Origin: the human T2T-CHM13v2.0 reference genome, Homo sapiens
NCBI RefSeq assembly: GCF_009914755.1
Contig: NC_060936.1
Direction: 5' to 3' (one strand)
Length of the DNA stretch: 64,000 nt
Under the pieces are notes generated by a model. It was not told the DNA's origin, ran no database searches, and was given only the letters and a program-made list of their open reading frames with translations. Shown here piece after piece: positions 13,080 through 28,611 of this stretch. The translations under genes and the position numbers were made by a program. The first letter of the stretch is position 1. Every line of letters begins with the position of its first letter.

Positions 13080-16000
13080 TGAAGATTACACTTTTTAAGT
13101 GTCGGAGATGTTGACGGTGGTACTCTTACTAGAAATACGGGCAAGGAGGTACGTAATGAGATCAGTTTTGGATTTGTTGACTTTTTTGTATACTTGCCAA
13201 ACGCTGGAAATGTCCAAAGGCTTTTGGAAATGTGGATTTGTGGTTAAGGGGAGAGGTCAGGACTAGGCATATATTAAACATGGGTTTAGTGAATAATACA
13301 AATAGGTGTACTGGTTGAATCTGTGTAAGAAGATGAAAGTGCCAAGGGAGAATGTAGAGGGGAAAGAAAAAAAAAACTTCTGTTTTAAATGGCATCTGTT
13401 TAAAACAGAAGGAAATATGCTAAGTGATTTATTTTATGCAGTGGGTAAAGAATTTGATAGTATGTCCACTGCTTCTTCACACTGTAGGTTCACACGGAGT
13501 AGAAAGAATCTGATCATTAAAAATCCAATTGGGAAATACAGTTTTCTTGCCCTGGGTAGCAAGAATACTCTGCTATCTTTACCCTGTTTCAGGGAGGACA
13601 AACTACTTCAGACTCATTTCATCCAGAGTGTCAGATTTGGTTACTTAAAAGCTATGTTAGCTTGTTTCTTTTGGACATTTGTTTGGCAAGTGGTATGTGA
13701 GGAGTTGGAAGCAAATCTCTGATACAGTATTTCACTTATTTATGTGTATGACATCGATTTTGGTTTCAAAATCAAGAACCTCTGAATATTCAAAGATAAT
13801 ATTTACATCTCATTAAGGCTGTTAATATTGCTTTTTATAGAAAATGGCATTTAATTACATATTTTTCTTCCAACTCTATTTTATAAGTTCTTTTGATTAA
13901 CATGATTAGTTTTGGCTTATAATGTTTGGATTATATTAGAGGGATAGAATAAGATACTTTTATCCATTATATGATAACACATGAAAGTTACATATTTTAT
14001 TTTGGAAACTGTTTAAGAACTGTAAATTTATAGAATTTTGTGTGGTTTTCTGTTTAGGTATTTAAATAGGGGGAACTTGAGTATTAATGTGTAAAAGATT
14101 ATAATAGTTTGCAGAATGAGGCTTAGAGTTGTAACTTTTTGAGGGCAAGTTTATTATTTTTAGACTGAGTTACCATGGAAGTGTTTATTTCCTTCTTGAG
14201 AATTAATACATTCCTTTTGTTTTTCAGGAATATGTTTTCCACTATATCACAGGCACTTGGGAATGTCGAAAGAGTCCTGTGTCAGTGTTGTTGGAGGCAG
14301 GGGGTTTTGTGTGTGCTTTGTCTGGGCTGTTTGGCTTAGTTTCAGTAAGCCTGGTATTAATGAGGCAAAGGTCAGGAGTTCCATTTAGCTTCAGTCTAAA
14401 TGATGGCCAGGGAGTACACCCCTCACTCCCTCCAGCTGTCTTGGAAATTCCTTGGTTGTCATTGGTCACAAAGGTGACTAGATGAGGGTGGATTGTTATA
14501 CCACTGGAAGAATATTAGAGGAAACTTAGGATAATGGCTGGGACCTCTGACTCTAGAATTAGATAGACCCGTGTCAAAATCCTTGGTATTCAACCTTGGG
14601 AGAGTCCCTAAACTTCTCTAAGCTTACATTTCCTCATTATTGAATAGGTTAATATTTGGTTTGGGCATTACGTATCATCACTTTCCTTTTCTCAGTGGGA
14701 GCTAGCCACTTAAGCTTGTGGCTCCCGAAGTGCTGGACTGTGGAGTAGTGTCAGTTCATGACAGAGTTTTCCTTTGAGTGAAAGGAGAATGTAGTTGGCT
14801 TCTTTAAAGCTAAATCTATTGATATGTTTTTCTAAAATTATCTTTTGCCATTTTCGATGGGCGCTTAGTTCTTTTATGAAATAGTGGTGATGGGTAATCG
14901 GTAGTTTTTGTTTTTGTTTTTTAAATGTCCTTGGCAGAATAAAAGTTGGCAGCCCTATGCTGGTCACCCTCTCCTTCCTCGTGCCCCTTTTTAAAGATTA
15001 TGGTTCTGTGAAATCCGAAAATCTTGGCTTAAACAGAATCTGAGGGATTGGAGGAGACTATTCATCCACATATTTATGCATATTAAAGAAGGTTTGGGGT
15101 ACATTCTGCCCTTGTGTTAGCCTACAGAGGACGTATTGTGATTCTCGCCACCATTGAATTTAATTTTGTCAAGATTCACAGTCAATACTTATAACATATT
15201 TCAAGGAGCAGTTCAGACTGTTTTCAGTTGAGTTCACACAAGTAGCTCTAAATTACTTGTTTAAGACTGTGTTTCTCAACCAGAGCCTCTGGAGAAAACT
15301 GTTGAACTGTGGGCGCTGCCTGGGGGTGCTGCTTTAAGTTATTACTCTGTTGATTAGCCAACAAGATAAATAACTCCCCTTTGACATAGTGAAGCAGCAG
15401 AAATTGGCTTTCCATTTCACTTCTTCTGCAGGAAAGATAGAGCAAGAAAAGCCTTTTTATTAATACAGCAAGTAAACCTTGTACAAATATCAGTATTCAA
15501 AATGCTTTCTAGAGAAAGAATAGTGCAGCACTGTGCGTAATGGGTTATGTAAGTGGAGTCACAGAAGTCCTCCTGGGGACACAAACCAATTATGAACATA
15601 AGTGCTTATTGAAATTGCATCAGTTGTCTAGATGAGGAGCTTATTGACTCCCTGGTTCACTTGGGTGGGCAGGCGGCTGTGGGGGAGGGACGGGGGGGGT
15701 GTGGGGGTGGGGAACTTAAGGTGCAAACCTAGCCTAGGTGACTGTTAAATTAAGGCTTAACATTTGTTTCTTTTGAGTGTTTTTGGTTGCGTAATTTTAA
15801 AAGTTGGGAATGCTATAGAAATATTTAAATTCTATTAGAATGTCCAAGGCAAAATGTTCAGGTTAAGTAGAAATAGCTTGGACCCTCTGTTAATTTTAAA
15901 GAAAACTGTGGGTTTGCTGCTTTAGATATTAAAATGATATGGGTTTATAGAGTTATGTTGTGTATCATTGTTGCTGGTAAATAAAAAATGTTTAATTCAT

Positions 16001-16210
16001 TTATTTTAACAGTGCTTAAATTTTTCTCTTAAAGTACTCCCAATGGCAGAAATGTGGATGAATAGTACCCTCAGAAGTCTAGGAATGCAGCCCAAAGTGT
16101 GCCTGCTATAAATTGAAGTTTTTGATGCCTGTAGGGTTTTATATTTTAAAATTTATATAAATGTTGCATTTTGCTATCTTACATGCATGTCGACAGTATT
16201 TTAAAATACT

Positions 16211-16517
16211 TTTTTTTTTTTTTTTTTTTGGTTTGAGACGGAGTCTCGCTGTGTCCCCCAGGTTGGAGTGCAGTGGCGCGATCTCAGCTCACTGCAAGCT
16301 CCGCCTCTCCTGGGTTCACGCCATTCTCCTGCCTCAGCCTCCCCAGTAGCTGGGACTACAGGCGCCCGCCAACACGCCTGGCTAATTTTTTGTATTTTTA
16401 GTAGAAACGGGGTTTCACCGTGTTAGCCAAGATGGTCTCAATCTCCTGACCTCGTGATCTGCCTGCCTCGGCCTCCCAAAGTGCTGGGATTACAGGCGTG
16501 AGCCACCGCGCCCGGCC
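16211..16517 (-). mobile_element. AluY
   Basis: gcaagctccgcc, gttcacgccattctc diagnostics; TSD taaaatact. Confidence 0.93.
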
Positions 16518-16550
16518 TAAAATACTCTTAACTAAAATTGATGCTCCTAA

Positions 16551-16960
<410 letters not shown>

Positions 16961-17204
16961 GTTTATTTATTTTTAAACCCTGTGTCTGATGGTTTTTGTT
17001 GGAACATAGGAGATGGTAAACAATTTCTGATACTTCCTATGTATTTTTAATAAATAGCAAGCTGTTTTAAATACTACTAAGAAGCTGTAGTTTCATAGAA
17101 ATAAAATGACTTTTAAGGGGGATTTAATCCGTTAAAATTTTTTTTTCTATTTAAGATTTTAAAATTATCAATGTATTTCTATCATAATAAAATATGGTAG
17201 TACT

Positions 17205-17395
17205 AAGAGCTTTCTGAAATGATGGAAATGTTCTGTGTCTATGCTGTTCAATATGGTGGCCCCTATATAGCTTCTGAGCACTTAAAATATATCTAGTGTT
17301 ATAGGAGAACTAAATTTTTAATTGAATTTAATTTTAATTAATTTAAATATGAATACCCACATGCGGCTGGTGGCTACTGTATTAGTGCAGCTCTA
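17205..17395 (+). mobile_element. MER3-like hAT MITE
   Basis: tttctgaaatgatggaaatgttctg...gctgttcaatatggtggcc...cacatgcggctggtggctactgtatt. Confidence 0.75.
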
Positions 17396-17642
17396 TAAGG
17401 TTAGGAAGACGAGAGAGAAGAGAGATCACACATCTTCATGACACCTCTCACCTCACATGTAGGCAGATTAGGCACTCAGTAAGTATTTGTTGAATGAAAT
17501 AATTCATCTTTTTCTTTGAATTTTGAAGACCAGTGTTTGTGAAGTATTCTAAATTTTTGGGGAGGAGCCATAGATTTTTGAATTTTTTTCTTCTATATTG
17601 ATTTTCAGAATTTACTTTTATTCTTACAAAGACATACATCAT

Positions 17643-17644
<2 letters not shown>

Positions 17645-17678
<34 letters not shown>
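17645..17678. repeat. (TG)n microsatellite
   Basis: Direct reading. Confidence 0.95.
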
Positions 17679-17682
<4 letters not shown>

Positions 17683-18258
17683 GAATTATATAATGAACTA
17701 CCATGTATGACCAACCACTTTAAAAAACAGAACACTGCCAGCACCTTTGATGGCCGTTCATGTTTCTCACTACTTGTGATCTCTGACATACTCTTTAAGT
17801 AACCGCCATCTGAATTTTATATTAATCATTACCTTGCTTTTTGTTTTAATTTTATATGAATGTCTTTTTTTTTTTTTTAACATTTCCCTCTGTCTTGAAG
17901 TTTGGAAGTTAAACTCTGTGTAGCTTTATTTTAGTTCTCCCTGACCTCCAACAAATGAGATACTTTTGTTTTAAACACTGTTACTTTGATTTGCCTATAC
18001 ACTGTATTTGCAGATGTCTGCTTATTCTCATTTGCATCTGAGACCTCTGATCTAGGACCATTTTTCTTTGTGTGAAGTACATCTTTTAGAATTTTCCCTA
18101 GGGAGGGTGTGTTGGAAAACTTTTTGTTGGAAAATAACTTTTTCTTAGTCTCATTCCTGAAACTGGTTTTCCTGAATATATATTCTAGATTAGCAGTTGT
18201 TTTTTCTTTGTTCATTATAGATTTTATTTCATTATCTTCTGGCTTTTATTGCTGTTGA

Positions 18259-18693
<435 letters not shown>

Positions 18694-19019
18694 TGATTTC
18701 TTTTTATTTATCGTGCTTGGTATTAACTAGGTTTTCAAATCTGAAGATTAGTGTCTTTCAACAATTTTGGAGAATTTTTGGCCTTTTTCTTAAATTTTGT
18801 CTTCCATATTTTCTGTTTGGAACTTGTATTTGAAGTATGTTAGATCTTCTTACTCTACCTCCGTGTCTCTTAACCTGTCTTTTATATTGTCCATTTCATT
18901 ATCTTTGTGTATTGTATTGTGTTCTGGATACTTTTCTTGAAGTTAGCTACTTCTCTCTTCAGCTGTGTTCAACCAGTTTATTGAATTTAAAAACTTTTTA
19001 TTTAACTATTATGCCCATT

Positions 19020-19365
19020 TTTTTCATTATGGTTAAATACATATAACATAGAATTTACCATTTAACCATTTTTAAGTGTACAGTTCGGTGGCATTAAGTG
19101 CATTCACATCATTGTGCATCTGTCACCACTACTGATCTCCAGAACTTTTTCATCATCGTGAACCAAAACTTGTACCCATTAGACAGTAATTCCTTATTTC
19201 CTCTTTTCTCTAGCTCCTGGCAACCACTATTTGAGTTTCTGCCTCTACAAATTTGACTATTCTAGGTACTTCATGTAAGTGGAATCATAAAATATTTGTC
19301 TTTTTGTGTCTGGTTTATTTTACTTAGCATGTTTTCTAGGTTAGTCTATGTTATAGCATGTTCTT
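19020..19365 (-). mobile_element. L1M (L1MB-like) 3' end fragment
   Basis: aaccatttttaagtgtacagttc...gcattcacat...ctggcaaccact...gtaagtggaatcata; older L1M fragments flank it (~17600-22900). Confidence 0.75.
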
Positions 19366-19384
19366 TGAGTTTTACAAATTTATG

Positions 19385-19545
19385 TTAGAGATGGGGTGTT
19401 GCTATATTGCCCAGGCTGGAGTGCAGTGACTCTTCATAGCGGCGATCATAGCACACTACAACCTCAAATTTCTGAACTCAAGCCATCTTCCTGTCTCAGC
19501 TTCCCAAGTATCTGGGAGCACAGGCATGTGCCACTGCACCTGGCC
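19385..19545 (-). mobile_element. Alu monomer (FAM/FLAM-like)
   Basis: gagatggggtgttgctatattgcccaggctggagtgcagtg...ccactgcacctggcc. Confidence 0.75.
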
Positions 19546-20196
19546 ATTGGGTTTTTAAAAATTTCATTTACTATATATTTTTGTTTCTAGACATTTTATT
19601 CAGTTCCTTCTTAAGACTATCATCCTTTTTTTGGGTAGTCTTATTCCTTTTCTTGGTTATGTTCTCAATATTTCTTTTATTTCTTAAAAATCTATTAAAT
19701 ATACTTACTTTACATTTTGTGCCTGATAATCCAGTATCTGAAGTCTTTGCAGACATGATTCTGCTGTTTGTTTCTGCTGGCTGTTGCTTATGGTGCCACG
19801 CCTTCTTGTCTTGTAATTTTTGACTGTGAAGTTCTCGTAACTTTATGTTAGTTTTGCAGAGTGATTTTTAGTAGTACTTAAAAATTTTATTCCTTAGAGC
19901 TTATAAGTAACCGCCTGGAGAATAGTGTCCTATTTTCTTAAACGTTTTATTTTGAAATAATTTCAAACTTACAGGAAAGTTGCAAGAATAGTGCAGTAGA
20001 CCTCTGTATACCCTTTATCCATAGTCACTAATTTTTAATATTTTGCCATATTTTTCTTTTTGCATACACACATTTATTTTTTTGTGAACCATTGAAGAGT
20101 AGATTGTATGCCTTTTACCTCAGGGTGTATTTCCTAAGAATAAGAGTATTCTTTTAAGATAATCACAGTACCATCATGAAAGTCCAAATTCCAGAA

Positions 20197-20500
20197 TTTT
20201 TTTTTTTTTTTTGAGATAAAGTCTCTTCCTGTTATCCAGGCTGGAGTGCAGTGGCACAATCACAACTCATTACAACCTTGAACTCCTAGGCTCAAGAGAT
20301 ACTCATGCCTCTCTTGTAGCTGGAACTACAGGCAGGCCCAACCATGCCCAGCTGATTTTTTTTTTTAAGATTTTTGTAGAGATGGTGTCTCACTATGTTG
20401 ACCAGGCTGACCAGGTTGGTCTCAAACTCTTGGGCTCAAGCTATCCTGTCTCGGCCTCCCAAAGTGCTGGAATTACAGGCATAAGCCACCAAACCTGGCC
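20197..20500 (-). mobile_element. AluJ inserted in an L1MC-like fragment
   Basis: Antisense J-type dimer. Confidence 0.85.
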
Positions 20501-22986
20501 TGAGAAATTTAACGTTGATACGGTACTTTACACTTTACATTCCCATTTTGGTAATTTGATCACATATTTTATTTTAGTCTCCTTTAATTTGGGGAGAGTT
20601 CCTCAGCAGTTCTTTGTCTTTCATGCAATTGAAGAGTATAGGTCATTTATTTTACGGAAGGTTTTTCAATTTGGACTTGTCTGATTTGATCTGATTAGCT
20701 TTTTGATTGTAGTCAGGTTATGTTTAGTCAGAATGTTACAAAAGTGATGTTTTCCTCTCAGATTATCACATCTGGAGATACATAATGCCCACTTGCCCCT
20801 CATTAGTGATTTTAACTTCGGTCAAGATATAGTCTGGTTCTTCTACTCTATAGTTACTATTTTTCCTTGTAACAAGCAGTCTGCTTAGAGGTACCTTAGT
20901 GTTTTATGGTTTTTTTTTTTTTCCTTAGTGAAAACTAAGTGTAGTAATAATATACCTTATATTTGTATAGTGCTTTCTATATATATGTGTATAATGTATA
21001 AGTATATATAATTGTATATGTATAATTGTTGAGAGTTTAAGGCTTGTGTAGAAGAGGTTTTTGATACTTTGCATAACTCTAGCTAAGATTTGTTAGATCA
21101 AGAAGTCAATAGAGTTGCACATAGCAAAGGAAATTCTAAAGCATTAGGTGACAAAGATTAGTGAGGCAGATTTTTTGATACCAGATCATTTCTTTTTATT
21201 AAACAATCCTTTAAGATATGAGTGATTAGAGGAGGTGACTTAAGGTTTTCCTAAGGTAAACTTTTACATTGATATTACGGGAGTGTTGGTTAATATAATC
21301 CTTTGATCTGGTAAATTGGTAGAAGCTGGGCCTTTTTCCCCCTAACCCTCTACCTCCCATTCCCAGTTAAAGCTGGAGAGACTTGGGCATTGAACCTTGG
21401 TTAAAATGTGAATTCATCCATTGACTGACTGAGTCAGTAGATAGTTATTGGGAGCCTACTATATTAGGCATTGTGTCAAAATGTTTAATTAAGACAGATG
21501 TGATTGCTGTCATGGAGCACAGTCCAGAGGTAATAAGCTTTTATATCTTTTGTGTGTAGTAGTCATTTATATATTTAAAATGAATGTATGTAAGAAAATA
21601 TCATTTATATCTGTTGAAACTGTTTTCTGGCAAGGAAGAAAGTTCCGAGGGCTCTTGCTTAATAAATTATGTAAGTATAGGCTTTGAGGTTCAAAACTAT
21701 TCAGTTAAGCATGTTCTGAAAATTGACTGATATTTTCATTTAAATTGAAGCCTTTTATTAAAACCTGACTTAAGTAAATTACATTCAATCTAGACTGCCA
21801 TTTGCCTTCTGTGGGGTTTTGTGAATAGTTGGTAGGTTAGTGCCTTGAAAGCTACATGTTACAGGGCTCATTTTACATTCCCACATCTCCCACTCTCAGA
21901 AAAGTTTAATATTATACATGCTAGTGCATGTATTATTTTAACATTCTATTTTGAAGTAGACTCACAGGAAGTTGGAAAATAATAGTCCTGCATACCTTCA
22001 CTTGGTTTTCCCAACGAAAACATCTTACATAGATGTCATTTATGAACACAAAAAAATTGACATCAATACATTACTGTTAATGAGACAACATATGGTATAC
22101 AGATTTCACCATTTTTCAACCTGGACTTCCTTGTGCGTGCATGTGTACATATAGTTCTGTGTAATTTTATCCCATGTGTAGTTTTGTGGAAACAATACCA
22201 CAATCAAGATACAGAATTGTTCCATCACCATGAAAACACTCCTTAGTGCTGCCTCTTTGTAGTTACAATGCCCCGTGACCCCCAACCACTAGTTTTGTCA
22301 TTTTGAGAATGTTGCGTGAAGTCATGTAGTATGTAATCTTTGGAGATTGATGTTTTAAAAATGTAATTTGTTTTAATTCATAAAGTGAAATCTCAGAAAG
22401 TTTACAAAAATAGAAAAAAATTCTTATTTCTATCACTAATACAGTCAATTTTGGAGCTTTTTATAGCCTTTTTCATATACATCTTCTATCACTTATAGTA
22501 TATACTCAATTTTGTTTGCTACTTTTTACAAACTTTATATTAAGTATTTTCCGTGTCACCATCCATCATATTTAGTTGTTGCTATCATAAGAAATGTTGC
22601 AAAATATAAAAAAATAAATTAAGCTTAAAAAGAGAAATACTGCAGAAAACACCTTTGAGTATATGGATTTCTTCATATTTCTAGTTATTTCCTTAAGGTA
22701 GGTTCCCAGGTATGATTTTTGAGTCAAAGGATATGAGAGTTTTTTAATCTTGAAATGTGGTTAAATTGCTTCTCAAAAGGATAGTATTACTAGTACTGTT
22801 TCACTGTATTCTTTTAGATTGGGTATTAGTGCTGTTTTCTCCTTCCCCCAACTTACTAGGCGAGAAAGGTACTTCACTGTTGTGGTTTTAGAGTGCATTT
22901 CTTTATGTAACAGTTTTTTCATGAAGAGTAAAATTGATTATAATGTCCTAAGACATGAACTTTAAAAAATGTGATATTACTTTTAA

Positions 22987-23297
<311 letters not shown>

Positions 23298-23877
23298 TGG
23301 AAAAGCTTTTTAATATCTGTGCCAGTGTTCCACAGTTCTGAGCTAGAGGCTGAATCACCACATCCTTCTCTTTAGCTTACAGGTTTACCTACAAAATGAT
23401 TGCCAGTTTCTACATTGCTTCTCTTTGGTCTTTATCATTATCTCCTAGTTACTCTCCTCAATTTGGATTCTCAACCTTTCTTCCTGTCTGCTCCCTGTTC
23501 AAAGAGCTGCTGCTCCCTCCACTGGTACCATGCCAGCACCTCATTCATTTTTCCTATGTTGTCACTTTCAAGTGCCTAGTCGTGCTGACATGTTAATACA
23601 TTACCATAATCTTATCTTTATAGTTAAGTATACCCCTGGGAGACTACAGTCTCCTGGAGCTCTCAGGAGTATTGGCCTTGACGTTTTTTGATGGCTGTTT
23701 AGGAATTTATATGGCTAATAATGTCTGAAGTCTGTATGTGTAACATATATGAATACAAAAATAACAAAACAACAAGAAAATTGTGCATCTTTTACTTTTC
23801 TGTGTGTTTTGGGAGACAGCAATACTATGTTGTTAGAGCAGCAGATCATTATGGTAACAACAGAAGACATCAAAACC

Positions 23878-23993
23878 TGCCAGGCATGGTGACATGCACC
23901 TGTGGTCCCAGCTACTTGAGAGGCTGAGGTGGAAGGATCACTTGAACCCAGGAGTTCAACACTAGCCTGGGAAACATAGTAAGACCTCATCTT

Positions 23994-23997
<4 letters not shown>
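23878..23997 (+). mobile_element. FLAM-type Alu monomer
   Basis: gccaggcatggtgacatgcacctgtggtcccagctac...gacctcatctt. Confidence 0.8.

Positions 23998-24057
<60 letters not shown>
23998..24057. repeat. Pure (CA)30 microsatellite in the FLAM tail
   Basis: Direct reading. Confidence 0.95.
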
Positions 24058-24060
<3 letters not shown>

Positions 24061-24094
24061 TCTCACCCCCCTAAAACTCTTAAAACAGAAGTTT

Positions 24095-24697
<603 letters not shown>

Positions 24698-25062
24698 TTA
24701 ATTGAATACTTACTAAGATTCACACACTGTACTTAAGTGCATTTTTTTTCAGTCTTCACAATAATTCTGTAAATTTTGAGATAGCTATGTATTAAGATCC
24801 TCTATGTGATATATTGAGTAGGTACTTGAAAATGCTGGTTACAAGGAATCATAAAAAATAACATTTTTTTATTTTAACTAGAATATACATTCCTTCACTT
24901 TTTCCCTATAGGGTCAAGGTTTTTGTTTGTAGATGGGTACTTTGATTAGAGTTCTGCATTGCCTTTTTTGGCATAATCCACAGCCATGCAGCATTATCCA
25001 TTAAGTATCCTAATTCCCTTTTCTATGGAGAAGAGAGAATATAAGGCACTTTCAGTGTAATA

Positions 25063-27533
25063 CAGGCATACCTCATTTTTTTGTGTTTTGCAGATAACTG
25101 CATTTTTTTTTTTTTTTTAACAGATTGAAGGTTTGTGGCAACCCTGTATTCAGAATTCTGTATCAGTGCCATTTTTCCAGCCAGCGTGTGCTTACTTCAT
25201 GTCTCTGGGTCACATTTTGGTAATTCTCACAGTATTTCAAACTTTTTATCATTATTATATCTGTTATGGTGATCTTTGATGTTACTATTGTAATTGTTTT
25301 GGGGCACCTCAAACTGTGCCCATATAGGATGGTGAACTTGATCAATAAATGTGTGTGTTCTGACTGCTCCACTGAATGGTTGTTTCCTCATCTCTTTCCT
25401 GCTCCTCAGGGTTCCCTATTTCCTGAGACCCTAAATATTGAAATTAGGCCAGTTAGTCCTATGATGGCCTCTAAGTGTTCAAGTGAAAGGAGGAGTCACA
25501 CATCTCTCACTTTAAATCAAAAGCTAGAAGTGATTAAAGTTAGGGAGGAAGGCATGTTGAAAGAGAAGCCTCTTGTGCCAGTTAGGTTGTAAATGCAAAG
25601 GAAAAGTTCTTGAAGGAAATGCAAAGTGCTACTCCAGTGAACATCCAGATGATAAGAAAGTGAAAGTCTTATTGCTGGTATGGAGAAAGTTTTAATGGCC
25701 TGAATAGAAGATCAAACCAGCCATAACATTCCCTTAAGCCAAAGCCTAATCCAGAGCAAGACCCTAATTTTGTTCAATTATATGAGGGCTGAGAGAGGTG
25801 AGGAAGCTGCAGAAAAAAGGTTTGAAGCCAAATAGAGGTTGGTTCATGAGGTTTAAGGAAAGAGGCCATCTATGTAACATAAAAGTGCAAGGTGAAGCAG
25901 CAAATGCTGATGCAGAAGCTGCAGCAAGTTACCTAGAAGAACTTCTTTATCATTTTTCTTAGAATTATGTGTTATGGTTATATAGATGAGGGCTTGCTAA
26001 GTTGCCCAGGCTGGTCTCAAACTCCTGGCCTCGCCTCCTTATGCACCAGAACCATAGGCCTGAGCCAACATGCCTCACCAGAAGAACTAATTTAGATAAT
26101 TGATGAAGGTGGCTACCCTGAACAACAAATTTTATTGTAGTTGAAACAGCTTTCTATTGCAAGATGCTGTCTAGGACTTTCATAGCTAGAGAGAAATCTA
26201 TGCTTGGTTTGAAAGCTTCAAAGGACAGGCTGACTCTCTACTTAGCCAATGCAGCTGGTGACTTGAAGTTAACATTTACCATTCCAGAAGTCCTAGGGCC
26301 CTTTAAGAATGATGGTAAATCTACTCTGTGCTTTATGAATGGAACAATAAAGTCTGGATAACAGCACATCTCTTTACAGCATGGTTTATTGAATATTTTA
26401 AGCCCACTGTTGAGACCTACTGCCCAGAAGAAAAGATTTCTTTCAAAATATTACTACTCACTGACAATGTACCTGGTCACTCAAGAGCTGTGATGGGGAT
26501 GTACAAGATTAATGTTGTTTTCATGCCTACTAACACATCTATTCTGCAGCCCATAGATTGAGGAGTAATTTTGACTTTCAAGTCTTATTGTTTAAGAAAT
26601 ACTATTTTGTAACACTATAGGTGCCATAGGTAGTGATTCTTCTGATGGATCTGGGCAAAGTAAACTGAAAACCTTCTGGAAAGGATTCACCATTCCAAAG
26701 AGTCATTAAGAACACTTGTGATTTATGGGAGGAGGTAAAAATATCAACATTAATGGGAGTTTGGAAGAAGTTGATTCCAGCTCTTATAGATCTCTTTGAG
26801 AGATTGAAGACTTCACTGGAGGAAGTAACAGCATATATGGTGAACATTGCAAGAGGATTGGAATTAGAACTACAGCCTTAGGATGTGACTGAATTGCTGC
26901 AATCTCATGGTCAAACTTTAACGGATGAGGAATTGCTTCTTAGGAATGAGCAAAGAATAGTTTCTGAGATGGAGTCTACTCCTGATGAAGATTTTGGGAA
27001 CATTGTTAAAATGATAACAAAAGATTTAGAATATTACATAAATTGAGTTGATAAAGCAGTGACAGGGTTTGAGAGGATTGATGACTCCAATTTTGAAAGA
27101 AGTTCTACTGTGGGTAAAATGCAGTAAATTAGCACCACATGCTACAGAGAAATCTTTTGTGAAAGGAAGAGTCATTTGATGCGGCAAGTGATTGTTGCCT
27201 TAAGAAATTGCCGCAGCCACCCCACCCTTTAGCAACCACCACTCTGATCAGTCAGCCGCTGTAACCTTGAGACAAAACCCTACACTAGCAAAAAGATGAC
27301 CACTTGCTGATCAGATGATCATTAGCATTTTTTAGTAATAAAGTATTTTAAAATTAAGGTATGTGCGTTTTTTTAAACATAATGCTGTTGCACACTTAAT
27401 AGACTACGGTACAGTGTAAACATAACTTTTGTTTGCCCTGGGAAACCAAAAACTTTGTGACTTGCTTTATTGCAAAATTTGCTTTATTGCTGTGGTCTGG
27501 AGCAGAACCCGCAATATCTTTGAGGTATGCTTG
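25063..27533 (+). mobile_element. Tigger1 (TcMar-Tigger DNA transposon), near full length, transposase inactivated
   Basis: TIRs caggcatacctc / gaggtatgcttg with TA on both flanks; ORF fragments [60 protein letters not shown], broken by stops and frameshifts. Confidence 0.95.
25944..26077 (-). mobile_element. Internally deleted FLAM-C-derived monomer (ASR, Alu/snaR-related-like) retrocopy nested in Tigger1
   Basis: Minus strand tggctcaggcctatggttctggtgcataaggaggc-gaggccaggagtttgagaccagcctgggcaac; TSD cc(t)agaagaact (25932-25943 / 26078-26088). Confidence 0.7.
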
Positions 27534-28215
27534 TATATAAAATCCTTCCACGTTTTCATGCTTTTCCTCCTATTTGAAGCTGTTTTGACATATACCTAAT
27601 TCCATAATAACTTTAAAAAATACTAGCCTCTGAATCTTTTTGAACTTTTCAACATAATTTTCACAGAAACAACCTTTTTCCTCATAATTCAGTTCATACG
27701 ATCTTAAATTATATAATTAACAATAACAAGTGCAGTTGGCATAAACTGGTTTGGGAATGGACTGCTGGCTCTTATTAAGCATTAAGTGCAGAAGGGTAGG
27801 GACATGTTAAGAAAGTGGTCTGCTTAGAAGACTACTAGGTGTAGGTGATGAGCCTGTGTTGGGCATTAGGGAGTGATTTATGGAGGGATTGGAGAGCTTT
27901 ACTTTTGTAAGTTTGATACAGTAGAAGTCTGTTAAAAGAGTTTCTACTGAATTATTATTCCTCTTTCCATTTTATAGATGAAAAAACTGAGGCCTCAGAG
28001 AGTTAAGTAACCTTCCCAAGGTCAGGCAGGTGATAATAGTGGAGCCCCAGGATTTTTACCTAGATGTTTATTGGTTCAAATACAGCATGTACTCTTACCT
28101 TCTGTGCAGGTGTTTGATGCCTTTTAGGGAATCTGATTTACCCAGTCAATAGGTAATCTTGAGTGGTCTTCAGGTAGTGTTTGGGGTAGAGTTCTGTAAG
28201 TTGTCCCACATCTTA

Positions 28216-28611
<396 letters not shown>

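Noticed and set aside
25266-26847. Transposase-like ORFs as a domesticated TIGD-type gene
   Set aside because: Fragmented by stops, frameshifts and a SINE insertion; a fossil Tigger1.
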